Of a stretch of DNA of 64,000 bases, positions 1 to 12,682 are shown piece by piece; position 1 is the stretch's first letter, and every line of letters begins with the position of its first letter. The translations under genes were made by a program, and so were the position numbers. Under the pieces are notes generated by a model. That model made no database searches. It saw only the letters and a program-made list of their open reading frames with translations, and had not been told where the DNA came from. This stretch comes from Saprolegnia diclina VS20 (lineage: Eukaryota), in assembly GCF_000281045.1 (NCBI RefSeq), contig NW_008246070.1, positions 586,954 to 650,953 of the forward strand, written 5' to 3'.

Positions 1-71
1 TCAAGGAGCACGCATGTACTGGCATTGATTCATATAGCATCAAGCTTTTGACCAACGTAATTTCGAAGAAG

Positions 72-989
72 TCAAGTCGAACGCGCAACTGAGATGGCCG
101 ACTCGGGACCGTAAAAGGCAGCCATGTTGAGGACGGCTGCGACCGCTTCAATGCTTCTCAAGATCGGTCGAAGGCCCGAGACAAAGTCGCCAGCGCCGTC
201 GATTGCGATCAAGCGATCGCTCTCGTCAAAGCTCCAGTGCATGGTTACGTACAGCGTCATGACCTGGCCAATCTACGCGCCATGCATATCTGATGCGAGG
301 CCTTTAATTGCGAGTCATACGAGCTGCGGCTTGAGGTGGTCGGGGCAGTAGGGGAAGATGGTTCGAATGGAGCTTTGTGTGATTTTGAGATTCGACTTGA
401 CGACGCCTTTGACGATCGGCCCGTCGTCGGTCTTGAGAACCGCGCAATCTTGCATTTCGATAACCACCTACACATGGATGATGCGCGCGCCCGTATACAT
501 GCGGTCGTACACCGGAGAACGTCGTCGTGTAGCGCAGCCAGTTGCTCAAGATGCTCTGGACACCAATGCCGCCATTGTAGCGGACGTTGGCGGCGGCAAT
601 CCCAGTGAGAAACGCGAGCTGCTTGGCGCTTTGCTTGCGCTTCGTGTCGTTGTAGCCCTAGTACACATCGTAGCGTTGGCAGTGGTCTAGGACGAGATCA
701 TTGCGCGTACGTGCTTGAAAAGCGTGACATATTGGCGGGCGATCTTGAGTGTGGGCCCACCGTCAAAGTTGGGCTGGACGCAGAGCACGTACGCGAGGGG
801 TACACGCCGCACGAGGCTTGCCATGCGTCCTTGGAGCCGCGCGACTTCGTCACGGAGCGTCTCGACGGTCGCCGTTGTCGCGAGATACCTTGACTTCTTG
901 CGGTCGCGGCTCGCTTTTTGGATGGCGCGGCTGCGGACGAGCCGCAGGAGTTGCTCGTCGGCCACGTGCGCCGCTTCGTGGCAGGCCAT
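72..989 (-). CDS. Oomycete-type bZIP transcription factor (4 exons)
   Basis: Basic region RSRAIQKASRDRKK is followed by a short zipper (VETLRDEVARLQGRM). Three GT..AG introns join ...YVTLFKH|GYNDTKRKQSAKQLAFL...W..Y...F|VVIEMQD...|IGQVMTLYV...ARST*, the typical C-terminal domain of oomycete bZIPs. Confidence 0.75.
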
Positions 990-1746
990 TTTGGCAACTC
1001 AGGACCACCTACGTGTTGCGCAAGGGTTTTAATCACCAATCAGATCGTCGTATAATGTATTCCGCGCCTGGGATTGGCCCATTCAGTATTGATATTCGTT
1101 TTCACAGCCGGATGAAACGGCGCTGGAACGAGTGTCGAAGCGTGCTAAAATCACATCACCAGCTACCGTTTCACTGGCAACGTGGAACAATCTTCGTACC
1201 CAGTAGCTTGCATGCGAGTGTCGTGACATGTCTCGATACGTGAGCTGTGCACATTGTGGCAAGGTTCAGATCTGAGAGACCAAAATGTGTGGGAATCCGA
1301 ACCACACATTTTGGTAAGCGGTGATGGTGGGCGGCCACCATCACCGCTTAGATATTCTGGATCTTGGCACTGGAGCGGTAAGCGCAGTGCACTTGCTTGC
1401 ACGCATGGAGGTCATGGAATGGTTGCGTCGCCTTCCATTGGCGGGTCGTTTGGCTGCACGCCGCATCACAACGACCGGCGAAGGGAGCTCGAAGCTCGGC
1501 GAGAATCGTTGTGCGTGTGGTGGCTGGAGAAGGCGCTATGTAGTAGAAACAAAGTTGGGGTGACATCAATGGGGCTTATTCGCCTGGATGCAAATGATTT
1601 GAAATTGCAGCACTTCGTCAGTCAACGCCACCGTGCTGCCACGTATATCGCACACTATTTCAGATTCTGAAGTAGCCGGAGGTAGTGTACGACGTATATT
1701 GATGTTCCGAGGTTGCAGTTGTCAGCGAAGTTCGACGGCGACGACA

Positions 1747-2929
1747 ATGGCCGACGCTCCGGGCTCGCTGGCTTTGCGCCACGTTGTGGTCATGCATCGC
1801 CACGGCGACCGGTCGCCCATCGCTTCGCATGTGTCGCCCAAGCTCTCCATCGACGAGACCGAGCGCGCGTACTGGGCGTCGCAGCTCTTGACGCCCGATG
1901 ACATTGCCATCTTGGACGCGGCCGCGACCGTGCACACGGAAGATGAGCCCAAGCACGGGGGCGTTTGGCCGCTCGGACAGCTCACGCGCCGCGGAATGGA
2001 CCGCATGGTGCGTCGTGGCCAGGCACTCCGCGAGCGCTACGACCACTTTCTCGACGACGCCACGCCCACCGACGTGTACATCGTCTCGACCAACATCACG
2101 CGCACGATCCGGTCTGCGCAATCTGTTGTGCGCGGTCTCTTCCCGGACGCACCGCGCTTCCAAGTACACACGATGGCGCCGCAGTTTCTGACGCCGATTC
2201 ACACAGGCCTCGAGTACAAGGCCTTTGGTCTCCACGCCAACGCAGTCGCGCACGCCACACGACCTGGTTACGAAGCGCTGGAAGCCGAGATGAAGGCGCT
2301 GCTTGCGATCCCCGACGACCAAGCGCTGCATTGGACCGTCGGTGCGTTCGTATATCTGCCAAATGCATCCTTGAACGCTCGTTGCATGTTCCATTAGTCC
2401 GCGACATGCTTGTGTGCCGAAAGGCCCATGGGCTGCCCGTGCCCGACGGCCTGCACGATGCGCTGTACGAGGCGGCGTGCGACCACAACGCGTGGGAGTG
2501 GCACCTTCTCTACAGCGACCCGATGCAAGCACAGCGCGGGTTTGTACGCGGCCTCGCCGAGATCCAAGCGCACCTCGAAAGCATCGTCGAGGTATGGACT
2601 TCATGTGGTGCTGCGGATCGTGATCCTCATCCGTTGCGCAGAAGGACATTGACCACCGCTTGACCATCATCTCCGCCCACGACAACACGCTCGTCGCCCT
2701 CGTGTGTGCGCTGGGGCTGCAGATCGGCAACGTGATTCCCAACTACGGCGCGGTCCTCGCCATGGAGATCTACGAAGACTCGACGACGAACGAGCATTTC
2801 GTGCTCGTGCGCTTTGAAGACGCTGCGGTCTCGTTCTTGGGCGAGGCGACGCCGATGGTGCCCTTCACGGCCATGAAGCGCCGCTTTGACAACTTTGCGG
2901 CGACGCACGCAGCGTCATCGGCGCTCTAA
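1747..2929 (+). CDS. Histidine acid phosphatase (3 exons)
   Basis: RHGDRSP catalytic motif, GQLT..G, RTIRSA and a C-terminal SAHDNT (HD) motif. Introns at about 2342-2397 and 2592-2643. Confidence 0.9.
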
Positions 2930-3027
2930 GCTGTGGCATAAGGAAATAAGAAGAAACCTTGCGCTTGCATCAAACTTTCGAATCTGGTTGCGAACGCCGA
3001 GCGAAATCCGGATAATGTATAGGCTTT

Positions 3028-4119
3028 ATGCGGAAACCGCCAGCTGGCGGCAGCGGAAAGCGGAAATGGACGGCCGAGGTACCGGTCATGGACCGCTTGC
3101 TGGAAGGCTCATGGCGCTCCGTAGGGTCTTCGCGGGTAGACGATCGGCGAGAGCATGCGCACGCTTCGCGCGGTGGCCGCCGGGACCGCTCGTCGTCGCC
3201 ACGACCGGCCTCGGGCCGCGACCGATCCCGCGACCGGTCTCGCGGCCGGTCGGACCGGAGCCGATATGCCCACCACGACGACCACTTCGACCGAAGACCG
3301 CGACAAGATGGAGATCGCGATGCGTACAGCGCTCGGAGCGGTGGACAGAAACGCAGCTCCCGCGATCGTGACGACCGTCGGGGCCATGATGCGCGCCGCA
3401 ACGACGAGCCATCACGAGAACCGAAGAGTCGAGATGCACCCCGCGCCGAGCAGCAATACGAATCAACAAGCTCTCGACGACAGGAAGAACGCCACAACTC
3501 GAGTCCGCGACTTCGTAACGCGGACCGAGCTTCAAGCCGCGAACGGCGCCCCGTCCCGCCCCGCGCAACAGAGCCGCGTGCTCAAGAGAGCCATCGACAC
3601 TCTGAACGCCAAGCAAGTCCACGGCGCGAGGACCGCCGCCGGAGCCCAGCGCGGCGCCCAAGTCGCGATCCCCCGTCCAGAGTGCACGACGTAGAGAAGA
3701 GCCATCCCGAGACGCGGCAGCGCCGCCAGGGTACTGCCTCCGACACAAAGCCGGCCGAGCCAACGCGACGTCGAGACGACGAGCACAAGCCGCGTGAAGC
3801 CGTCGATCCGTCCAGTGCGGTGAAAGAGGCACCAAGGGACCGTCGTCATAAAGACGCGGATGAGAAAAAGCTGGTCAAGCGACCCGTGCCAGCCACTGTG
3901 TACGACGAGTCGAGCGAAGCGTACTGGAAGAAGCACCACGAGGCCAATCGTATGGACATCAAGTGGCTCGTCTGGCAGGCCGACGCCGACATCTCGGGCT
4001 TCATGGCCGACTTTGCGGCGCAGGAATTGGCCAACATTAGCCAGCGCATCCAAAGCCACGAGCACCAGCTCGCGCAGTGGGAGCGCGGCGACGACCTCCC
4101 GGATCTCCCGACCCTTTAA
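3028..4119 (+). CDS. Arg/Ser/Asp-rich low-complexity hypothetical protein
   Basis: Single 363-aa ORF with RS/RD repeats and an ordered helical C-terminus (YWKKHHEANRMDIKWLVW...), followed by an AT-rich 3' flank. Confidence 0.65.
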   Translation: MRKPPAGGSGKRKWTAEVPVMDRLLEGSWRSVGSSRVDDRREHAHASRGGRRDRSSSPRPASGRDRSRDRSRGRSDRSRYAHHDDHFDRRPRQDGDRDAYSARSGGQKRSSRDRDDRRGHDARRNDEPSREPKSRDAPRAEQQYESTSSRRQEERHNSSPRLRNADRASSRERRPVPPRATEPRAQESHRHSERQASPRREDRRRSPARRPSRDPPSRVHDVEKSHPETRQRRQGTASDTKPAEPTRRRDDEHKPREAVDPSSAVKEAPRDRRHKDADEKKLVKRPVPATVYDESSEAYWKKHHEANRMDIKWLVWQADADISGFMADFAAQELANISQRIQSHEHQLAQWERGDDLPDLPTL

Positions 4120-4292
4120 TAATGCGTTGTTGTCTTCACGTGGTGTCTTCAGGTGGAGCGTCTTTGGATACATGTCGCCGGGTGGTGGTCTGCGTCGATG
4201 ACGTGGCAGCGCGACACGCGAGAACGCAAATTCGAAACAGGCGGGCGTAACGGCCGCCGTTGTATATCTTGAGTAATTTTCGTATTTCTCGC

Positions 4293-5945
4293 ATGGGCCG
4301 CAAGTCGCGGAAGGGCCAGAGCCAGCCGATCCTGCATGGCACGGCGGTGCTCTATGCGGCCGAGATCGATGACGACAATATGGGCGGCCCGCCACCGCCG
4401 GAAGTCGCCCACCAGGCAAGCGGTACGTGGGGTGTCGCCATGAACTTGACCAACTCAATTGTCGGCGCCGGCGTGATTGCAATTCCGCATGCGATGGCCG
4501 ACGGCGGCTTCGCGCCCGTACTGGGCCTCCTCCTCCTCGGCGCGGCGCTCACCATGTACTCGATGAACGTCATTGTGCGCCTCGGCGACGTCTACAACGT
4601 CGACACGTACGAGAATCTGGCGAAAGCGGCGTTCGGGCCGCGGGGCTATCTTGTCGTGTGCTTTTTCCAATTCACTTTCTCATTTGGCGCCAACTGCTCG
4701 TACCTTACGGTCGTGGGCGACACGGTGCCCCCGCTGATTGGTACGCGTTCTGCTCACGCTCTCTTGCTTGACTCAGTGCAGGTCATGTGCTGCACCTGCC
4801 GTTCCAACACGGCCATCCCGTTCTGTCGGCCTCCGCGCCAACATGGCTTCGCGTCATGACGGACCGAGATCTCTCCGTGATGGCCATTGTACGTACATAC
4901 TATAGTGTATCGCACGCAGTATCGATGGACGAGGCTAGGCGCTGCTGCTTCTCCTGCCGCTTTGCCTACAGCGCGACTTTGCGAGTTTGGCCAAGTGCTC
5001 GGGGCTCTCGATCATAGGCATGGTCGTCTGCGCGGGCTGTCTTCTCTACAAGTGCATCTCGGAGGCCGACCGCCTCCCGTTCGTCGACGACAGCGGCGTC
5101 TTCTACGACTACGTTGCCGTGCACCGCAAGATCTTTCCTGCGATTGGCACGATTGCCTTTGCGTACGTGTGCCAGCACCAGACGTACCTCGTGTACAACA
5201 CGATGCTCGACAAGTCGCCCGCGCACTTTCGCCGAGTCGCCAAGTGGAGTGTCGGCGCCTCGTTCCTGCTCATTGTGCTCTTTGGGGTGCCCGGGTACCT
5301 CATGTTTCTCAAGCACACGCGCAGCGACATCTTTGTCAACTTTACCGACACCTCGTCATCGCCTAGCCCTCTGCGACATAAATCTTATATCGACCGTAGC
5401 GACCACGTGATTCAAGTCTGCCGCGTCATTACGGTCCTCTCGATGGTGCTCACGTACCCCCAAGAGGTAAATACACAAACGACGCCTGCACGGACGAAAC
5501 TACGACCGAATAGTTTATGGTCGCGCGCTACACGCTCCAGATCCTTCTCGACCACAAGGAGGACGCGGCGCGGCTTTTCGTCGAGCAAGAAAAAGGACAA
5601 GTTGTCTCGAATCGTCCTTGCCACGCGCGCATCGCGGCGTTCTCGCTGCGCTGGCACGTCTTCTTCACGATGAGTCTCCTCGCGGCGACGGTGCTCATTG
5701 CGCTCATCGACCCGCACCTTGGCGACATTACGAGCTTGACCGGGTCGTTTAGCGCCGTGGCGCTGGCGTTCGTGCTGCCGGCCGCGTGCCACCTCAAGCT
5801 CGGCGTGCCATCGGAGAGCTACAGTCGCTGGCACGACTGCGCAGTGCCGTGGCTCGCGCTCGCGTTCGGGGCCGTCGCTTTTGTCGTAAGCACGACAACG
5901 TCGATCATCGACATTCTTCAAGAGACGTCCGAGGTCAACCCCTAG
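4293..5945 (+). CDS. Amino acid transporter, AAAP/SLC38-like (multi-exon)
   Basis: NLTNSIVGAGVIAIP, YE.LA..AFG..G, FAYVCQH, TYPQE and LTGS...FVLPA motifs, with many TM segments across ORFs 4260-4859, 4987-5673 and 5517-5945. Confidence 0.9.
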
Positions 5946-6012
5946 TCTTGCCTTCGTCCAATATGTCCAACAAGTGTTGTGGTTTATGGTTGCACATTCA
6001 TTGAGCTATTTG

Positions 6013-6886
6013 TTACGGACTGGGAGTTGGTTGTCGGATCGACGGCACGACCTTGCGCAGCCAGCGCTGGAAGAAGCCGTGCCGCCGGTCCGCGATGCGC
6101 TCGAGGTTGCCTTGGAGAGGGAACGCCGGACAAATGTCGTCGGGCACGCGGAGCGCGTCCATGGCGCGCTGGGCGCCCTCCGAATGTTCAAATTCGAGCC
6201 AGACCGACGTGGCGTCCGTGCCAAGCACGTCTGCAATCACGCGGTGCCCGCCAGGGTGTTCGTACAGAAAGTCCGTGACGTCGTACACGTGGCCTTCGAC
6301 CGCGACGCACTGCCGGCCCACGAGCAGCTTCATGCGCTCGATCGGGCGGTTGAGGCGGTGCTGGAAGTAGTATTCGTGCCACGAGAGTCCGCACGGCGCG
6401 TGGAAGCGCGACCCGTCCTCGAAAAAGTCGCGCCGAAACACTTGCGACCACAGCATCGTATCGGTATCGCAGAGCGTGTGGTGCCATGTGGTGTTGAGCA
6501 TCGTGCATGGCACGAGGTCGCGGGCGTCAAGAAACAAGAGCACCTCGTGGATGACCTACATGCATCGCTTGCCGACGTTGTTGCATGTAGGATCGATGTA
6601 CCGTGAGTGGCATGTTGACAAAGGCGCCATACTGCTTTTCGATGACATCGGTTGTGGGCGCGAGGGTGCGGACCTCGGGCGCCAGCGGCCGGCGTCGTGG
6701 CCGCATGAACGGCGAGAGCTGCGTGTCGTGCGCCGCCGCGCTCGACTTCGTGTGGATGGACGAGCAGAGGAAGCCAAAGAGGAAGAGACACGAGGCCATG
6801 AAGAAGGTCGACGACATGGTCGACGCGGCCGCGGGCTCGTCGAGGCAGTGGCGGCACGGGCTTGCCCCGTCGTACTGGGCCAGCAT
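6013..6886 (-). CDS. F-box plus cytochrome b5 heme-binding domain protein (2 exons)
   Basis: Removing the intron at about 6556-6601 gives FVNMPLT|VIHEVLLFLDARDL...W.....LW (F-box-like). This is followed by VEGHVYDVTDFLYEHPGG...GTDAT..W..FEHS..A (cytochrome b5 with both His ligands). There is a hydrophobic segment near the N-terminus. Confidence 0.8.
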
Positions 6887-7525
6887 CTTCCAAGACGACG
6901 AAAAAAGATAACTAGGGTGGGAATCCCTGGCTCGGCCGTGTGAAAATGGTGAAAATAGTTGTTTTTCACGCATCGCACGTTCCGATTTCGCTGCGATTTG
7001 GCCGCAGGAACCCAATCCAACGGCCGCACGTGACCTTCGCAATCGCGTAAACCGCGCAGAAGTATCATCACGTTGCACGACATAGGACGCGCCTTGAGCC
7101 CAAGCGCCTATCTTCCAGCCAACTACATCAGCCAAGCGCAGCCCAAGGCCACAGTGATGACGCAGGTGTCGGGCAAGGCCGAATAATAATACGGGCTTGC
7201 CAGCTTTTCTCTCTGGTTCGTCGTTCATTTGTCGTCCTTGCTGTTCGCGCCAAGGGCTGAGAACATGGGCTGAGAGCTTGGGCTGAGAAATATCACAGGA
7301 TTGAAGTTTCAACACTTATGAATCGAGCCTCGCGACCTTGGTATTTCGTTGGAACTGGAGCGCGTGCTGCCAGCTCATGCAGTCGTCTGCTTGTCGGAGG
7401 TGGGGATTGGCACAAGTCGAGGGTTGTTTGCATACGAATCACGTGTTTTTCTTAATTCACGCGTGACTTTGCCATTGGCAATGCGTGAAATGACATTTTT
7501 CACATTTAGTGGGTCACCCCAGTTC

Positions 7526-9276
7526 TCAGACCCACCAACTCGACTCCCCAAGAACAGAGCGGAGGACATCGAGCAGCGCCCACTTCCACGTCCAGAGCTC
7601 GATGGGCAGCTGCACGCGTCGTTCGACAGCAATCGACTGACGGTAGTACTCGAGTGCTTGCGCGCGGCTACGAAGCACACCAAGGCCCATCTCGTGCATG
7701 TAGCCCAGGCTATAATAGGCCGGCGCAATGTGCTTGTACGACAGCGTCTTGGTTGTCACGAGCGACGCGTAGGCCACGAGCGCGCGCTTATGGTCGCCAG
7801 CCTTCAACCATGCGTCGGCTTGGAGGAGCTTCCCGAGCCCGCTGCCTTGGGCGGCGGCGCGCTCGACGAGCCGATGGCGCACAGCATCTACGGCCAATGA
7901 GACCCCTGCTATACGCAGAAAGAGCATGTACCTGAGGCGACCACGTAGCCTTCGTGGACGAGCCAGAGAGCATTGTCCAGCGCCGTTGTGTACCCTTCTT
8001 CGGCCACGAGACGGTAGAGAAGAAAGGAGGTCGCATGGTCACCGCGGTGAAAAGCCGCATGTGCGCGGTCGAGCCAAGGGTGGACACTGGCTTCGCTCAC
8101 GCGCTTGTAGAGGGTTACGGCAAGCGCACACGTGCGCAGAAACGGGTGGATCGACGTCTTCTCGATGAGCCCGGCATACGCATGCATGCCAAGGGCGTGG
8201 CCCGATTTGGACGCGGCTTCGTAGTACCGAGCGGCAAGGCTGAGCTGCTTCTTGGATGTGAGGATGCGGGCGACGTAGTACATGGCTTCGGCGTGGCCTT
8301 GCAGCGCTGCCTTGTCAAAATGCTCCAGGGCTAACTCGGTGCTCTGCGCCACACCGTGGCCGTGCAAGTAGAGAAGGCCGATTCCGAGAAGCGCTTCGCC
8401 GCCCTTGGCGTCCTTGGCGATCAAGTACGCGGCGAGCGCCTTGGCGTAGTTGATGGGGCCGCCCCAGCCAAAGGCGTAAAAGTGACCGAGGTACGCAGCT
8501 GCAGGCGTCTCACCAAATGTGAGCGCGAGCACAAGCCAGTGCCGAACCAGAAGAAAGTCGATGTTCCCGCGCTGCAGTAGATGCTTGGCGGCGCGGAAAA
8601 GCACCTTGCCGTCTTTGCTGCTGATCGCCGACGCTGCCACGTACGTGAGCTTGTACTGGTCGAGAGTAGGGTTGCGGTCATCGTCGTCGACAAGGGAAAT
8701 CGGCTTGCGCCACTGGCCGGCGACCATAGCGGCGCCCTCTCGCACCACAATTGCCGCTTGCTGCTTGTAGTATTGCAAGGCAGCCGCGCATGAGAGGGGT
8801 GCGCCAAGACCGTACAGAGATCGGTACCCGAGGGTTTGCGCCGCCCGCGAGTCGCCACCGGCCGCAGAAAAGGCGTCGTACAGCACAGAAGTCGCCAGCG
8901 ACGGCGTAGCGTCGTCCACTGCGGCAAGGAGCGCAAGCGTGTGCTGCGCCCCCGCGTGGCCAAGGGCAGCGCTTTGCTCGAACAAGCTCTGAGCGGCCGC
9001 ACTGGGAAACGCGAGGTCTCCCAACGCGTAGAGAGCTTTACGTGTCGCTGCCGCGTCGCCCATGGCAGTGATTTGCGTGTACAATGCTGTAGCATTGTGT
9101 TGGTCCACGGTCCTAGTGTTTGGTTGAGCATGAGTAGCCATGGCGTCGAGGTACCGGAGAGCGTGGGCGGCCTCGAGAAGGCGACCGGCCTCGGACGACA
9201 CGGTCGTCGACCACGACTCGTGCGACGCAGCCGCAGCTACGCTGGAGAGCCATACGAGGAGACACGGCGCGCGCAT
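7526..9276 (-). CDS. Sel1-like repeat protein (SEL1L/Hrd3-like)
   Basis: Signal peptide and repeated SLR motifs (LGYRSLYGLG..SC..A..YY; IGLLYLHGHGVAQS..LAL.HF.KAA.QG; YSLGYMHEMGLGV). One intron near 7890-7930. Confidence 0.85.
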
Positions 9277-10109
9277 CGTTCGAGAATGGCTCGGGGTGGG
9301 GACAGGGCATGCTCTCTTGCACCGTTGCGCCCGTCTGGATCGGCAAAAACGCTCTGTGATTGGGTGCCGCCATCAAAATCTGCCGCAGCTTTGGCCAATC
9401 ACAACCGATCTCGTTCGCGCCACCCTCGTGACAGCTTACGACGACGAGCACAGCGTGTCATACTTGCATGCTGCGTCGTCAGGTTCATCGGCTCGTGGAT
9501 GCAAGAAGGTTGTGTTGGGCGCTCATGGTGGCCACCGCGCATGCGTCTTCTTCTTTGGTGCAAAGTTGGGTATTTCCAATAAAAAATCGAAAAAATTGGG
9601 CGCTTGAATGTTTTACTCTTGCCCTCGCGCACTAAAGTATCGACCACGTCGATTAATCGACTAACCTCGTCGACGCTTGTGAGCCAGTTCCAATGATTCC
9701 TTCCTCTCTTTCTCGATAGACGATAGCGTGGCCTTGCGACGGTGCGCATCGAAGGACGGTTTGGATTGCTCCTTTGGTAACAACCGGCAACACAATCGCG
9801 CTCAAGACTAATTTTGCGACGCTGCTGGCGACAAGCCATGGCGTTGTCTCTGAACGAATTTCCCTCAGTTTCGGCAATCTACGTTAAAAAGTATGCGACT
9901 ATTATCGACTAAACAGTTGAGCTCGTGCAACGTGCCCAGCTACGTTGCCATGGGTCGTCAAATCCAAGGATCTGTCCAAGGCGCCATCAAGCCGATCGTG
10001 TGCCAATCGGAGTGGCCACATGATTTTTGCCGCCTTTTGATTGGCTCCAATCCCTTTCTCAGCGAGGTGGCCTGCGAATTTGGTTCATTTTTCTTTTTCG
10101 TTTGCCAAG

Positions 10110-10859
10110 ATGTCATCAATCCTCAAGGTGCAGCTCCACAAGGCGACGGACCTCCCGGTCGCCGACATGGCCTTCACGGGCGGCAAGTCGGACCCGTACC
10201 TGATCTTCACCCTCGGCGACCAGACGTACCGCACGCCCTGCATCGCGTCCAACCTCAACCCGATCTGGTCCAACGAGACGTTCCAGTTCCGCGTCAACGA
10301 CACGAGTGGCATTCTGCGCATCGAAGTCTGGGACGACGACAACTTTCGGCTTGACGACCAACTCGGCGTCATCGACATCCCGCTCTCGACCGTCGCGAGG
10401 GGCCTCAAGAAGGAAGAAGACAGCATCAAGCCGTACGCTGTCAAGGTCGTCGAGCGCTTCCAGTCGCAGCGCGTGTCGCCGCAAGTGTTTATGTCGATTG
10501 CGCTGCTCACGCCGGTCGAGGCCGTCGCCCTCCTCGATTTCGAGGTCTGGGAGAACGAGCGCTGGAGCCGCACGCGCCGCACGTGGGCCAAGACCAACTT
10601 GAGCGAGACCGACCCGAAGGAGTGGAGCTCGAGCGACGGCAGTCAATCGTCGACCAAGTTTGAGGACGTGATCCCGACGATCCCGCCGCGCTACGAGCCG
10701 ATCAACACGTGGCACTACGTCAAGCACATTGGTGACAAGGATGGGTGGATTTACGGCCCGACGTTTGCAGGTCCGTGGTACGAGGTGCCCAACATGCTGC
10801 ACGTTGTCCGCCGCCGCCGCTGGATCAACGCGTACAAGCGGGACGACTTTCAGTTTTAA
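10110..10859 (+). CDS. C2 domain plus DysF (dysferlin/peroxin) domain protein, copy 1
   Basis: C2 motifs DLPVAD...KSDPY, NLNPIW, WDDD...DDQLG. DysF motifs WENERW, D.DGWIY, VRRRRW. Intronless. Confidence 0.85.
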   Translation: MSSILKVQLHKATDLPVADMAFTGGKSDPYLIFTLGDQTYRTPCIASNLNPIWSNETFQFRVNDTSGILRIEVWDDDNFRLDDQLGVIDIPLSTVARGLKKEEDSIKPYAVKVVERFQSQRVSPQVFMSIALLTPVEAVALLDFEVWENERWSRTRRTWAKTNLSETDPKEWSSSDGSQSSTKFEDVIPTIPPRYEPINTWHYVKHIGDKDGWIYGPTFAGPWYEVPNMLHVVRRRRWINAYKRDDFQF

Positions 10860-11249
10860 AACAAAACTCTTAGCTAGTAGTATCATTAACCTATATAACC
10901 ATCTTCCTCATTAACTCTTCGTCTAGACCAAGATTCCCTTGATCGCCACCACCTTCTCGACCACCCTCCTCCTTGGCCATCGCAGTGTCGTGTCCATGTA
11001 ACATGGGAGGTCAGTCCTCCAGAGAGAGATTCCCTGAGAACCACGCCGCCTGTGTCTAGGATCCTGCCACGTGCAGGACAGATTCCATCCGTCTCCAGTA
11101 ATTTATCGGAAAATGATGCAGTGCAGGGGATTGTGGGCAACTCCCTCAACGCATGCGTGGTCTCCACTTCAACTCTGATGGGCTGTTAGGATCGAGCCAA
11201 TCAGCGACGCAAATGCCAGTTTGCATTTGCCCGGCAAGACAAGAGGACC

Positions 11250-12221
11250 ATGGGCATCGTAGCATCGTCGTGTGAGAACTGCATTGGCGCCGCCGAAGCG
11301 CACATTGAGAAGGTCAAGCGCAAGAAGCACGGCGCCGCGAAAGAGCCGTCGCGCCTCATCCGCATCCGCCTCGATCGCGCTGAAGACCTCGCGGCCGCCG
11401 ACTCGTCGCTTGGCGGCGGCGGTCTCAGCGATCCGTACGTGAGCCTCCAGTTTGGCCGCCAGCGCCGGCGGTCGCCGGTCGTCGATGAGAATCTCAACCC
11501 GACGTGGAAGCACGAGGAGTACGAGTTTGTTGTGACCGAGTCCGACCTCGCGATGCACAAGACGCTCACCATCCGCGTCATGGACTTTGACGCGCTCAGC
11601 GCCGATGACCTCCTTGGCTCGATCGAGTTGGATATGACACAGTGGACCGGCGCAACGACCATCGAAGACGCCAAGATTCAAGCGTACGACCTCAACGTAC
11701 CCGAGAGCTACGCCGCCCAAAACGTACGATCTCGAATACTTTCTCAGATCTTATTTTCTGATTGTCGATAGGTCGCCTCCAAGCTGCACATGTCCATCTG
11801 CTTCCTGACCGAGTGGGCGGCCGCGTCGTCGTTGACGCAGGAAGTGTGGGAACTCGAGCGCTGGCTCTCGACCAACAACTCGTGGTCCAAGAACTACCTT
11901 GCCGAGACCCTCGGCGATCGGCCTGCGTGGTACTGCCCAGACACGAAGCAGGGCGGGGCGACCTTCAAAGATGCGCTGCCGCCGTGCCGTGAAGGCTACA
12001 AGCCGTGCGGGCAGTGGAGCTACGACGTCGTGCACGGCGACCAGAACGGGTGGCTCTATGCGACGACGTGCAAGGGGCCGTGGCGCAAGGACATGGGGCG
12101 CACCCACTTTGTCCGCCGGCGCATGTGGATGAACCAATACAAGCGCATTGCGCAGATGGAGCCCGAGCCCGAGGTCGCGTCGACTGTCTCGACGGCGCCG
12201 TCGTCTGGCGCGTCAGTCTAG
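11250..12221 (+). CDS. C2 domain plus DysF domain protein, copy 2 (2 exons)
   Basis: SDPYV, NLNPTW, MDFD..SADDLLG; intron at about 11724-11771; then WELERW, DQNGWLY, VRRRMW. Confidence 0.85.
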
Positions 12222-12654
12222 AGACGATGAATTTGACAAATGTATCACTCTTTCAGTCCATCAAATGCGGATTGTGAAAATGAGAAGAAATTGGAAAAAT
12301 CTCCAAAATTTCGACATAATGGGCTGCGAGAAAGTCCGAGACGAGCGCCATGAGCCAAGCATTGCGACGTCTTGGACGAGCTAACGTCCCTGTTTCTCAT
12401 GTTCCATCGCAGCAAACTGCGTTCTTGCTCGGGACTCAAGATACGTCATGGCATCCCTCTATCGCTGGTGGTATTAGTTTGGATATACGCATGGAACATT
12501 GAGCTAGTAACAATAAAAGTTCTTGATCCCTTCCACTTGCACTTCGCCTTGCTCTTCTTTTTACTACTTTGTTCGATAAGAAACGCGTCCTCGCGATGCA
12601 AACCATCTATTCTTCTTCGAGTTACTATGGACGATGAAGCGAACCCAGTCCCAT

Positions 12655-12671
12655 GCCATTCACCAATTTCG
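12655..12671 (+). promoter_or_regulatory. Oomycete INR+FPR core promoter motif
   Basis: GCCATTCACCAATTTCG matches the YCATTY initiator plus AWTTTNC flanking element and ends 12 nt before ATG 12683. Confidence 0.55.
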
Positions 12672-12682
12672 TTGCCACGGCC

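Noticed and set aside
10870..11190. Compositionally odd spacer between the C2-DysF genes containing a 93-aa ORF
   Set aside because: No motif, terminal repeat or host-like codon bias; cannot be supported as a gene or element.
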